A stretch of 35,499 nucleotides of DNA from Octopus bimaculoides (Eukaryota): NCBI RefSeq assembly GCF_001194135.2, contig NC_068986.1:27431202-27466700 (forward strand), read 5' to 3'. Both the position numbers and the translations under genes were made by a program. Shown here piece after piece: positions 1 to 11,343 of this stretch. The notes under the pieces were generated by a model. That model was not told the DNA's origin, did not search any database, and saw nothing but the letters and a program-made list of their open reading frames with translations. The first letter of the stretch is position 1. The number at the start of each line of letters is the position of its first letter.

Positions 1-45
<45 letters not shown>

Positions 46-245
46 TTCTCTTCATTGCTTGGCAGCTTGTAATAGGCTTGTTTGCACCCACATAACTTAC
101 CAGTTCAACAAAAACGGAATGATAGAATGCATACTAAACTTGAAATAAGAACTGGAGTCGATTTGATCAACTGAACCTTTCAGGGTGATTGATGATACTC
201 TCCAGCATGGCCAGAAGCCTTTGACTGCAACAAATAAAAGAAGAG
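1..245 (+). mobile_element. Degenerate 3' half of family-A SINE, starting in its internal (TG)n tract
   Basis: After (TG)n, the blocks CATAACTTACCAGTTCAACAAAA, GATAGAAT, GGAGTCGATTTG, CTCCAGCATGGCCA and GACTGCAACAAATAAAAG occur in the same order as in the intact copy at 4565-4948. Confidence 0.6.
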
Positions 246-465
246 TTTATTCATTTGACAAAGGTTAATAAGAAATTTGTGGCAACATATTCAAATTATC
301 CGGTGAATATATTTGTTTCGGTAATCTCCAAGTTACTATTTTTCTCCTTTTACTTGTTTCAGTCATCCAGTGTCTTCTGCCCTTGGAATTGTGGGAGATT
401 TGGTTGCTATTTCTATGAGGCTCTTCAATGCTTTTGTGTGAAGGAGAATGTGCCATCATCACTCG

Positions 466-975
466 GTCAAGTACTGAGGTTGATATAATCAAGTAACACC
501 CTCCCTCTAAAATTGCTGGCCTTGTACCAAAATTAGAAAGAATTAATGTTGTTGTTATTACATCAGACAAGGCACTTAGTGATATTTCTTTCAGCTCTTT
601 ATGTTCAAATTCCACCAAGGTTGACTTTGCCTTTCATCCTTTTGGAGTTGATAGAATAAGTATGAATAAAATAAGTGCCAGTCTCAAGTACTGGGTTCAA
701 TGTAGTTGACTTCGCTCTTCCTGCAAAATTTCTGCTGGCCTTGTGCCAAAATTTGAGACTTTTATTACATCAGACGAAACACTTAGTGACATTTCTTTTG
801 GCCCTTTACATTCTGAGTTCAAATTCTGCTAAGATCAACTTTGCCTGTCATCCTTTTGGGGTCCAATAGAATAAGTACCAGTCAAACTCCGGGGATGAGG
901 GAGTTGATGTAATCAGCTAACCCTCTGTCAAAATTACAGGTCCTGGGCTTAAAATAGACAGGATTCTTCTTCTCC
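466..975 (+). mobile_element. Head-to-tail run of family-B SINE pieces (tail 466-552; 5'-truncated copies about 556-762 and 763-975)
   Basis: Repeated blocks GTTCAAATTC..ACTTTGCCT(T/G)TCATCCTTTTGG..ATAGAATAAGTA and AAAATT..CTGGCCTTGT(A/G)CCAAAATT match the full copy at 1047-1290. Confidence 0.75.
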
Positions 976-977
976 TC

Positions 978-990
978 ATTATTATTATTA

Positions 991-1047
<57 letters not shown>
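978..1047. repeat. (ATT)n microsatellite (tail of the preceding SINE)
   Basis: Direct reading of the sequence. Confidence 0.95.
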
Positions 1048-1290
1048 GGTGGTGAGCTGGTAGAATTGTTGGCTTGCTGGGCAAAATGCTTAGCACCATT
1101 TCATTCATCTGTATGTTTGAGTTCAAATTCTCCTAGGCCAACTTTGCCTTTCATCCTTTCGGGGGTCGATGAAATAAGTACCAGTTACATACTGGGATCG
1201 ATGTAATTGACGAGCCCCCTCCCCCAAAATTTCAGGTCTTGTGCCTATAGTAAAAAGGATTATTATTATTATTATTATTATCATTATTAT
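1047..1290 (+). mobile_element. Family-B tRNA-derived SINE, near full length, (ATT)n tail
   Basis: A-box-like GAGCTGGTAGAAT, B-box-like GAGTTCAAATTC, central CTTTGCCTTTCATCCTTTCGGGGGTCGATGAAATAAGTACCAG (resembles the Meta-type SINE central domain, recalled not searched) and an ATT tail. At least 7 related copies lie in the window. Confidence 0.85.
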
Positions 1291-1471
1291 TATTGTTATT
1301 TGCTGAAGAGTGTGTTGTAGCTTTTGTCTGTTTGTGAAATTGATGTTTGTTGGCGGCATGGCTTGTCTTTTACCCTAAACTTGCAGTCTCCTGGCAGAAC
1401 TGATTGTAGTGCACTGGTCAGCTAGTGCTTCTTACCCTTATTGAGGGCTAGTTTTCTCGTTTTCAATTTTA

Positions 1472-1835
1472 ATGCAAGTAGTCAAAATGGAGTTCTTCTG
1501 AAGGATCTCTGTAGTAATGTTACTCAACAGGGTGCAAAGCTTGGAGATCAGATCAGGGAGTCTACACACAGGGCATAGCTCTGAGTCCATGAATATGTGA
1601 CGAAAATATCACAGGGAAGAATTGCAAAATGGATTCTTCAAGTTGAGCCAACTGGCAAGAAACCTAGGGGTAGATCAAGAATGAAATGCTTGCATAATAG
1701 TCATAGTCTCAGTTGGTCATGCCTGGGAATCCAATTGAAAAGTGGTGGTTGCTTCTGATAGGACTCTTTGGAGGAGGTGTCTGGGGACTCTATCTCTATG
1801 ACCGTTCCAGGTGGTAAAGATGGGTGGATTGGTAC
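1472..1835 (+). mobile_element. RTE-clade non-LTR retrotransposon, decayed ORF2 C-terminal fragment
   Basis: Manual translation with stops and frameshifts: MQVVKMEFF*RISVVMLLNRVQSLEIR / EYVTKISQGRIAKWILQVEPTGKKPRGRSRMKCLHNSHSLSWSCLGIQ / VASDRTLWRRCLGTL. This matches the RTE C-terminal pattern (xQAAEMxFLRRI..GHVxRM..G(K/R)RPRGRPRxRW..AxDRxxWR). Confidence 0.8.
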
Positions 1836-1982
1836 TCTTTTAAAAAGGAAAATATTAATTTTAATGTGATGTTGCTTCATCAGGCGGAGAGTCAAGCATG
1901 AGCAAAAGAATAGTAGAAAGGTGGAGACACAAAGTAAGCCTCTCTCTTTTAGTAAGGCACCTTAATCATTACACTACTCAAA

Positions 1983-2179
1983 AGTGGTGAGCTGGGAGAA
2001 TTGTTAATGCACTCAACATGCATCAATTCTCCTAGCTCTCTACCTTCTGAGTTCAAATTCCACCAAGGTCGACACTGCCTTTCATCCTTTCGTATATTGT
2101 CAGTTGAGCACTAGGGTTGATGTAATCAGCTTCTCTCTCAAAATTACTGGTCTTGTGCCAAAATTAGAAAGTATTATTA
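1983..2179 (+). mobile_element. Family-B SINE, diverged
   Basis: GTGGTGAGCTGGGAGAAT..GAGTTCAAATTCCACCAAGGTCGAC..GCCTTTCATCCTTTCG..GGTCTTGTGCCAAAATTAGAAAGTATTATT. Confidence 0.8.
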
Positions 2180-2551
2180 CACTACTCGGTCTTAGTAGTT
2201 TTAATTGTACAGTTCCTTCAGAGGAGAAATGAGAGAGTAAGAGAGAGTATGAGGAAGGAGGGATAGTGAAAAAATTTAAGTTGCTATTTTCCCATGTTAT
2301 TTGTATTTTTGGATCTATGTATAATACCATTCAGTTAACAAAGGGGTTTAAATAAGCCTTCTTTGAGTTGAAGACGAAATGGAAAAGCAGCAGCATTTTC
2401 CATAATTCATGACAATGCTCTTCTTTCTCCAGCTAAATGCCCTGCAGATTGCATAATAATTTCATTGGAAATATGTCCACTTGGCTTCATGTGCATGAAA
2501 TCTTGAATTGTCTTTCAGACAGGTACTCATGTGAAAGAATTACAAGCACGG

Positions 2552-2552
<1 letters not shown>

Positions 2553-2590
<38 letters not shown>

Positions 2591-2621
2591 CGCGCGCACA
2601 CACACACACACGTGTGTGTGT
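2553..2621. repeat. Compound (CA)n-(CG)n-(CA)n-(TG)n tract, uninterrupted purine/pyrimidine alternation
   Basis: Direct reading of the sequence. Confidence 0.95.
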
Positions 2622-2738
2622 CCCTGCACATATATGCTTGTGCTTGTCTATATATCTTTCGATAGATTGACAGATAGATGTTACGTAAATGCATACATGA
2701 AATATGCATGATTGTGCATATATGACTGTGGTATATAG

Positions 2739-2782
2739 CTTCTCTCGCTCTCTCTTTCTCTCTCTCGCTCTCTCTCTCTATT

Positions 2783-2830
<48 letters not shown>
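2739..2830. repeat. (CT)n microsatellite
   Basis: Direct reading of the sequence. Confidence 0.95.
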
Positions 2831-2834
<4 letters not shown>

Positions 2835-3767
2835 TTTGGATTGTATATTTTTCTCTACATTTTATTCTTGTAGTTGATTAAAAATTAGGAGTCAATTTTC
2901 TGAATGACTTGGAGATATCAAATTGGAGAAATAGTTATAATTTTGTCATTAAATCATGCTAATATGTTTTCCTAAGGCAGTGTAAATAAACTGCATGGGG
3001 AAAGAAGAAGGACAAGAAGAAGAAGGAGAAGAGAGCAGAGGAAGATAGTGGGAGAGTAAAAAGGAGAAAAATACCAAACAAAAAAAAAAAACATTTTTTT
3101 TTTTCATGTTGCACTGCCTTCAAGAAGCTGCATAAAAATCAATATTCATGAATTATATAAACTGTACACATTCCACGACTCCTTCCCTTCTTCCCTTCCG
3201 TCTCTTATACTCTGCCATTACATATTCACTGCCCCCGTCCTCTTCTTCCTCTCTGAGGGGAAATTAAATGAATGCAAATCATATTTCAGTCAGTATTTAG
3301 TTGCAGTGCATAGTGAAACATCTTACCGCTTCCTCCCAATAATATTGTCCTCCCTATTTTTACAGGTAGTTGCATAATGGAACAGTTGGTGTTCTTTATC
3401 CCCTGTTTAGTCCCTCTCTGAGCACACCCGTAGCATTCTGGTTGCAGATACCATGCTTAGGAGCTACCCACAAGTTAAGTAAGAAACACACTTTGCCCCT
3501 GTTAGGTCATGAGTCACTTTTGAGTCTAGTTATTCCCATTGCATTTTTATCATTAGAACACTTGAATTTTTTAAAAATCAATCTTTTTCCCATTTTCCTT
3601 ATTTTTTATGACTCATGCTCTGACCTGTCCAGTACAGAATTAAATATTAGTTTAACTTGCCATTCAAGTGTCTCATTGAGCATGGTGTTCTTGATGGCAG
3701 CAATCTCCTTTTCCGAGATATGGGTGCTACTGCCCCTCAAGGAACTCACTTGGCTTTAATAAATTTA

Positions 3768-4092
3768 TCAAGTGCAGGTACCACTTAAAAGCATCCCAGT
3801 GCAGGCGCCACTTAAAAAAGCATCCAGTCCACACTGTAAAGTGGTTGGCATTTGGAAGGGCATCCAGCTGTAAAAACCTTGCCAAAACTGACCTTGCTTG
3901 TGTTTGTGTCATGTAAAAAGCTCTAAGTCCACTCTGTTGAGTGGTTGGTGTTAGGAAGGGCATCTAACTGTAAAATCCCTGGCAAAACAGTCACAAAAGT
4001 TTGGTGCAGGCTTCTGCCTGGCTGGCTCCTGTCAAACCATCCCACCCATGCCAGCATAGAAGGTGGACGTTAAACGACGATGATAATAATAA
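3768..4092 (+). mobile_element. Family-C SINE-like repeat with internal duplications and (GAT/AAT)n tail
   Basis: GTGGTTGG..AGGAAGGGCATC..CTGTAAAA occurs twice (about 3827-3876 and 3927-3975). Tail CCCATGCCAGCATAGAAGGTGGACGTTAAACGACGATGAT. Antisense relatives at 22512, 25396 and 34316. Confidence 0.75.
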
Positions 4093-4564
4093 TCCTGCTG
4101 GCTGTGCACACAGCCCTCATCACTGGGGAGGTACAGTATAGTGCTAGTCTAGTCACTGACTTCTCAGTCATAAGCACTTAGTACTAGATTACATGATTAC
4201 CACTTGCAGGTTTCTATCAGACTATGAAGGAAATTGCTCTCATCTGACACCCCAGATTCCTTACAAGATGCTTATGGAGCTTGAGATGTAGTGTGGTATT
4301 TACCGCATGTTCTTAACAATTTGATATTCATCCTGAATTTGTGCATTCAGTTGCAGCAAATGCTTTGAGTTATTTCTGTTCTTTTTTTTACCATACTTTC
4401 CGGTATCCAAGTCTACTTAGTATATAGTCTAAACATATAGTGTAAACATTCAAACATTGTTGCTATTTTTTCAAATCCTGCTGCATTTCACATGGAATTT
4501 TTGGTCCTCCAAAGTTGTTTAGGTGCATAAATAGACCCTCCTGTTTTCTTTTTGTTTTTTTTTT

Positions 4565-4948
4565 GAGTGGCTGTGTGGTAAGTAGCTTGCTTACCAACCA
4601 CATGGTTCCGGGTTCAGTCCCACTGCATGGTACCTTGGGCAAGTGTCTTCTACTATAGCCTCAGGCCGACCAAAGCCTTGTGAGTGGATTTGGTAGACGG
4701 AAACTGAAAGAAGCCCGTCGTATATATGTATATATATGTGTATGTTTGTGTGTCTGCGTTTGTCCCCAATGTCGCTTGACAACCGATGCTGGTGTGTTTA
4801 CGTCCCGGTAACTTAGCGGTTCAGCAAAAGAGACCGATAGAATAAATACTAGGCTTACAAAGAATAAGTCCTGGGGTCGATTTGCTCGACTAAAGGCGGT
4901 GCTCCAGCATGGCCGCAGTCAAATGACAGAAACAAAGTAAAAGAGTAA
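4565..4948 (+). mobile_element. Family-A tRNA-derived SINE, near full length
   Basis: A-box TGGCTGTGTGG, B-box GGTTCAGTCC, ACCTTGGGCAAGTGTC block, internal TA/TG microsatellite and (AAAAGAGT)-type tail. About 9 copies or fragments in the window. Confidence 0.9.
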
Positions 4949-5332
4949 ATATTTGATTTGTATGCTGAAAAATATGGTAATTGAATTTGAGGCTCAGTAT
5001 TTTTCAGTTTCAAAACTGTATGCTCAGAGTTTGTTGTAGCAATCAGTACAATGATACTCAATACATCTTAGACTCATTTATGAAGAGTAGTACAGCCTAA
5101 AATGGAAATTCATTTTACAGCTGTTTTGTTAAGTTTGTGTGTTAGTCTGGTTCAAATTCAGTTGAACAACCCAGTGAATTTAGAACTATGTTTCATTTTG
5201 TGTAGTTGTTTGAACCCAGATCAGCTCTGATTGAATAAATCTCTGATCAGAGGTGTTCTAGTCATTCCTGTTTGTATATCAGGGAGTTAAACATCGAAAG
5301 GTTACCAATAGAGCCATCTGTTCTTAAGTCAG

Positions 5333-5589
5333 TAAGGTCTGAAATTTTTGGGGAAGGAATTAGTCAATTACATTGACTCTAGTACTTAATTGGTTCCTAC
5401 TTTATTACTCTTTTACTTGTTTCAGTCATTTTGACTGCGGCCATGGTGGAGCACCACCTTTATTATTGAGTAAATCGACCCCAGAGCTTATTCTTTGTAA
5501 GCCTAGTAATTATTTTATCAGTCTCTTTTGCCGAACCGCTCAGTTATGGGGACGTAAACACACCAGCATCGGTTGTCAAGCAATGCTGG

Positions 5590-5620
<31 letters not shown>

Positions 5621-5924
5621 TATACACACATATACGATGGGCTTCTTCCAGTTTCCGTCTACCAAATCCACTCACAAGGCTTTGGTCAGCCCGAGGCTAT
5701 AGTGGAAGACACTTGCCCAAGGTGCCACACAGTGGGACTGAACCCGGGACCATGTGGTTGGCAAGCAAGCTACTTACCACACATCCACTCCTGCGCCTAT
5801 TGATCCCAAAAGAATGACAGGCAAAACTAAAGTTGGTACATTTGAACTCAGAATGCAAAAATGGACAAAATGTCACTAAACATTTTGTTTGGTATGCTGC
5901 TGATTCTGCCAGCCCACCCACCTT
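5333..5924 (-). mobile_element. Family-B SINE split in two (5333-5404 and 5798-5924) by a family-A insertion
   Basis: The left piece (GTCTGAAATTTTTGGGGAAGG..CAATTACATTGACTCTAGTAC) and right piece (TATTGATCCCAAAAGAATGACAGGCAAA..ATTTGAACTCAGAA..GATTCTGCCAGC) are contiguous parts of the antisense B sequence. Confidence 0.75.
5405..5797 (-). mobile_element. Family-A SINE, full length
   Basis: Reverse complement of 4565-4948, with an exact 39-nt block 5649-5687 versus 4668-4706. The 5' end reads AGGCGCAGGAGTGG on the minus strand. Confidence 0.9.
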
Positions 5925-6744
5925 TAGACAGGGATTAATAATAAAAGAAACTAGGTAAGAGAAGGAAGAGGAAAAAGAAATAGATGGAAGGTAAGATGGA
6001 GGGAAAAGCATGAAGTGAGAGGAAAGCTGATGGACGAGGGCGGGAATATTGAACTGAGAGGAGATTGAGGAGTAGAAGGGAAAACATTAATTTAAACCTG
6101 TCAGTAATATAGTTTCTAGTTTAAAAATGAATATAACACTTTGGACAGCGAATACACACCTCAGCAATTTGGTTAACGGTTTCCGTTCACTATTTTTGAC
6201 TAAATTACATCTATCACTACCGACTTGACAATTGCCAAACTAATTTCGTGCACCCTCTGTATCTATCTTTTAAAGATGCAGCTACTTCTCTTATTTCTTA
6301 TTCTTTACACAGAATTTTAAAGCAATTTGGTGGTTGTTTTATTGTACATATTCATTCATTTCCATTTTTGAAGAATTTTAATTTTTCTTTTCCCATATTT
6401 ACAAGTTCCATACATGACAAAATCTTATTAAAACTAACAAGATTTCAACATTTTGGGGAAAATTTTTCATTTTGTATTCAGTAAAAATAATGCATTTGTG
6501 CTCAAGTTGTAAATTAAACCCAGAAAGTAATTGGTTCGATATTACTTCCAAATTGTAACCATCTCTTCCATATATCTTTAATAATTTTCATGTGCACCCC
6601 CCCACCTTACTACCTCTTTCTCTTTCAATATTATATGAAGAAATTTGAAACTATATTTCATACTATCTACCATTAAATAATTTGATTTTATACACATAAA
6701 CATTGTGTGTGTGTGTGTGTTTCTTTGTATGTGTGTGTATGTAC

Positions 6745-6783
<39 letters not shown>

Positions 6784-8779
6784 TGGATACAGATATTTAG
6801 GTAGATATTCATGGGTTGTGTATCTATATGTATGTGTTTGTGGATATAAATGTTTATATTTCACTGTGCAGGTGTGTGTATGTGTGTGCAGTATTGTATA
6901 TAATATTTTGAATGATAGAACCAATTTGAAACTAGTGTGTTTTAATAGTTTCTTATATTATTTAATATGCATGTCCTGAATATGAATCTCACACCAATAT
7001 ACCACTTATGTTGTAGAAGTTTTGTATAGTTATTTGGGGCTTTATCTGTCAGTTTTATCTTACCAAGCCAGCCCCAATCTAGTCCTTACACATAATGTTC
7101 TATTCAGTCTTTTTTCCTTGACCCCCTGTTTACACACTAAATTGGTTCTGCGAGTTAGCATGCAAATTGATATTGTTTAAGTTGAAGGATTAAATTTATT
7201 AATAAAAAGCACCACCAAAGTTTAAACAATTATTTATTGAAGTGGAGATAATATATATGCTTATCATGTGTGTGTGTGTGCATGCATATATAGGCGTATG
7301 CATGTGTGTATATGTGTGCATATATTTATGCACCCATCTATCTATTTACCTACCCATTCATCCATCCATGGTGATACAAACAAGAAAATAGGACTCAAAA
7401 TGTGTGTGTGTGTGTGTGTATATACACATACATATACATATATTATTATTATTATTATTAGTAATAATAATAATTGACAGAAGGTAAAGAGTTAATCAGA
7501 GGCTGTGAGTTTCATTTAATGGCACTTATTGATAAGTACCGACAGATAATGAAACTCTTACTTCTCTGTCACTTTATAACTTTTCCAATTAAATGTGTGT
7601 GTGTGTGTGTGTGTGTAGGTTTGGATGTGTGAGTACTTTAGTGATTAGGTTTTATCTTCTATTCACCACGACCACCACCCTAAAAAGGTAAAGGAAAAAC
7701 TCCAGGTTTTTCTATTGTTTCCATTATGTTACTATACTTGTATGATGTGTGTTTTGAAATTATTGCTGATCCAGTAATTATATTGGCTCTGATTTCCACT
7801 ACCCCCCTTTTTATTTTTATTATTTGGTGCTTCCATCATTTCCGTGAAATATTCTATAACTGTTGCTTTGCTCATATTAAACTATTTTAGAGCAGTTTCT
7901 GTCAAACACTTTCCATATTAAAGTTGATTTAATGTATTAATTTCATTTGCAGAGAAATTGACTTTCTTGACATTTGAGACTATATTATTCCATCTCAGAA
8001 ACATTTTTAAAAAACATACATAGAATAATTGTAATTTATGTCTTAGTTTCATAGTTTAGAGTGTTGCAACCTACCACATCATTGAAGGAAATGAAATGAA
8101 AATAAAATGTAGGGAAAATGAAAAACTTAAACAGAAATGACAGAGTGGAGTTTCTGTATGCATAAAGTAAAAAACAGAAAATGAACAAAACATACAGACT
8201 TTGATTGTGGAAACCGTTAGATAACTGTATGTCTCTGTGAAGTACATCACCTAATATGTCATTTCTAACCTCCTGCCTGTCCAAAGCATTTTCATAATTT
8301 TGTCCCAAACAGCCATGCTTGCTTTCAGGATTTTAGTTTGTTTTTGTTTCATAAGTTCTGTGTAATATAACATTTTACTTTTTTAAATCGCATTTTATGC
8401 TGGATTGTTGAAAAAAATTGGGATTGTGTGTCATATATGAATCATGGATAACAGAAATATGTTTTGTGTATTACATGCGATACACAGGACAGGCAAAGGG
8501 TTAATATGGTAGGATATAATATGAGGTAGAGTTGGCTGTTCTTTTTATCAAATTGAGTGACTGTACATGCTCATCCCTAAATAAACAGTACAACCAATAA
8601 TTTTTTTCCTTACTTAAGATTCTTTAATTAAGTCATGTAATCAATGACTGCATACTTGTGGTTAAATGGTCACTAATGAAACAGGCCATCTGCTGGACTT
8701 GCCCTGTGATAAGTATCTGTGGTGTGTGTGCGTGTGTGAGTGAGTGAATTGTAGGGGAACATTCAGCTGAATTAAAAGC

Positions 8780-8938
8780 TAAGGCACAAGACCTGAAATT
8801 TTGGAGGAAGGGGATAGTCGATTACATCGACCCCAGTGTTTCACAAGTACTTAATTTATCAACCCCAAAAGGCAAAGGTGACCTTGACAAAATACTGCCA
8901 AGCATTTTGCACAGTGTGCTAATGATTCTGCTAGCTCT
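8780..8938 (-). mobile_element. Family-B SINE, internally deleted
   Basis: AAGGCACAAGACCTGAAATTTTGG..GTCGATTACATCGACCCCAG..TAATGATTCTGCTAGCTC is the antisense of the copy at 1047. Confidence 0.8.
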
Positions 8939-8999
8939 TGAGCATGATATAAATTGCAAGAGGAACTCTACTGTATTATGATACTATAACTTTTTACAG

Positions 9000-9159
9000 A
9001 GCTAAACAACACTTCACTAAGCACTGAATTACTGTCTAACATTGTTAGTATACCTCCTATCCAGAGAAACCTGATTTATTGGATCAGGAAACTTTTTCAT
9101 TTACTGTTGCCAGCTGGTCTTTTAGTTCAAGAAAAAGGTTCACTGCTATCTTTCTCAAG
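9000..9159 (+). CDS. Candidate internal exon (160 nt, phase 1 to 2), product unknown
   Basis: Acceptor TATAACTTTTTACAG|, donor TCAAG|GTATGT. Only the phase-1 frame is open: (E)LNNTSLSTELLSNIVSIPPIQRNLIYWIRKLFHLLLPAGLLVQEKGSLLSFS. No recognisable homology. Confidence 0.2.
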
Positions 9160-9530
9160 GTATGTCAGCTAGCTTGTATAACTCGTCTCTCTCTCTCTTC
9201 CTGACATTTTAATTACTTTTAGACTATCTAAAAATTATATAAGCTGGAGTGGTTTGTAGGACAGTATGGGTCAGTTAGTGTATATAATAAGGTTCGTAAG
9301 ATTTTCTGGTGGGAAATATCATAAGAAAGAAAGTTTTCTGTGTTGAAGGACATTGTTGTTTTGTGAAATAACAATGGTATATGAAATGGTACACATACAT
9401 CCATATATATATATATGGATACACACATTAAAACAGACACACATATCTACATATGCACAGATGACAGGCACACCTACACATACATACATTGAAGGCCCTG
9501 GAACAAATTTTAACCTAAAGGTAATGGTTG

Positions 9531-9710
9531 GTGTTGTTTAGCCCTAGGTCAATCTGATTGAGTAGACTTTTGATTAAAGGCATTCTGTCATTTTTAAGAC
9601 ATAGTGGATGTATGACTATAATATCAAATGTGGTAGGATACAATATTAGGGAAATTTAGCTAGTATTTCTAGTGGCCAAGCAACCACATAGATGTTCCCT
9701 CATTGGTTCA
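9531..9710 (+). repeat. Family-E interspersed repeat (other pieces about 372-425 +, 5205-5278 +, 14128-14330 -)
   Basis: Shared blocks GTTGTTTAGCCC(C/T)AGGTCA..CTGAT and GGGA(G/A)ATTT(G/A)G(C/T)T(G/A)(C/G)TATTTCTA recur at these loci. Class unknown. Confidence 0.55.
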
Positions 9711-10723
9711 AGAGGCTTTAATAATGTGGCTGGGTTCAAATGAGTCTGATGGAAGCCATTTTTGTTTCAAAGATGATTTCAATATCGAGAGGAAAATAGT
9801 CTAATATTTATCACTGGAGAAATGTCCAGGAAAAACAAAAACAAAAAAAAACAAAAAAAACAAACAAGAAAAACATATCTTTTTTACTGTTGTTTGTGAT
9901 ACTTGCAATTAGCATGTAAGTAAATAATATAATCTGCTTTTGCTTCAAATAACATGGTATTAAGATGAGAAAATATTTTTAATTGCATACACTAATACAG
10001 TTTCATATACATCCACATACACATATATGCCCTTGTACAAATGCGCACACATAAACACATGCACTTTTGTATATAATAAAAGACTACAGCTATTCTAATG
10101 TTTTGGAAATAAGTGTTCTAGGATTACTTTAAGGATTATAGTTTGGAAAAATATCCACCAGTTTTATGTTTGAATTTAATTTAATTATTAAAGAATTTTG
10201 TGCATTGCCTTGAGCATATCAGCAAAAGTTTTTCTGTACATATTATATTTACATATGTATGTATGTATCTACATGTATGTAGATGATAATGCAATGCTGA
10301 ATAATTTATATACTTATTTGTATATTTTTCAGATAAATTAAATTTGAATATATTTGTAGTTTATCATTAAAAAATATTCGAAAGATGTAAAATTTATTTA
10401 AAAACCTATTCCATTTCATTATTTGTTATTTTCTTTGTTTTTTTTTCTTTAAATTTTCATATGAATCTGTTTCCTTTCATTGCTATTTACAATATTGTAA
10501 AACTTATAAAATCCTTGTCATTTCAAAAGTAGATTGAATAATGCTTCCTCTTAGGTACAACAACAACAACAGCAACAACAACAAAAATTAATAAGAAATA
10601 ATTCTTTTAACAAAATTACAAATTCTTAAGCAATGGTTCAACTTTGGAACTTTTCTCTGTTGTTGAAGGAATATATTTAATCAATACTAAGCCGGGAAAT
10701 ACACATTTCTTAACAACATCAAT

Positions 10724-10738
10724 TATTATTATTATTAC

Positions 10739-10769
<31 letters not shown>

Positions 10770-10770
10770 T
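10724..10770. repeat. (ATT)n microsatellite
   Basis: Direct reading of the sequence. Confidence 0.95.
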
Positions 10771-11343
10771 AATATATGGAATTTATATATTATTCCCAGT
10801 TGACTGACATGAGAGAAAGGATGAAATTTTTCTTTCTCTTCCTCTGTCCTTTGTTATGTGTCACTGTTGTTTAATTATGTTGTTATTGTTATTATTAAAT
10901 TGTTATTATTATAAGTATGTCTGTATTATTTTTATTGTGCGTCATTATTATCATCATATTTGTTGTTGTCATCCTCCTCCATCCCCACCCCCTTCTCATC
11001 ATCATCATCATCATCATCTATAAGTTTGGTTAAAATCTTCACAAAGTCCATTTTCAACTTAATTTGGTTTAGTCATACAGTTTTGTCTACGTCTGTTTCT
11101 CTTCGAGTCCCTCTTCAACTTCTTTGATCTGTTGCATCACAGAAGCTGACAATTCTCTGGTTTACAGTTCACCTCTTTGTTCTGCGATTGAAAGAATGAT
11201 CAACTGATATAAAAGAATTAGTCTGTTGTATGTGTATAGATGTATGGGAGATCATTATTGATGTTGGTTGTCAGAAAACACTATATAAATTTGGGAAAGT
11301 GTCCAAGTCTTCTTTTTTTTTTTTTGTTTTCTCTTCTTTCTCA

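Noticed and set aside
3370-3759. 129-aa + ORF in unique sequence
   Set aside because: Non-ATG start directly after an in-frame stop, L/F/S/I-rich composition typical of random AT-rich frames, no recognisable motif.
8036-8308. 90-aa minus ORF with a protein-like first half and a GTATGT donor
   Set aside because: No usable acceptor between the upstream in-frame stop and the ORF, non-ATG start, no homology.
8522-8540. let-7-like TGAGGTAG
   Set aside because: Only the 8-nt 5' end matches, there is no hairpin, and the context resembles decayed family-E repeat.
11095-11125. Minus-strand AGTTGAAGAGGGACTCGAAG resembling the hammerhead motif at 22020
   Set aside because: Lacks C3, has GAAG instead of GAAA, and has no stem I/III partners.
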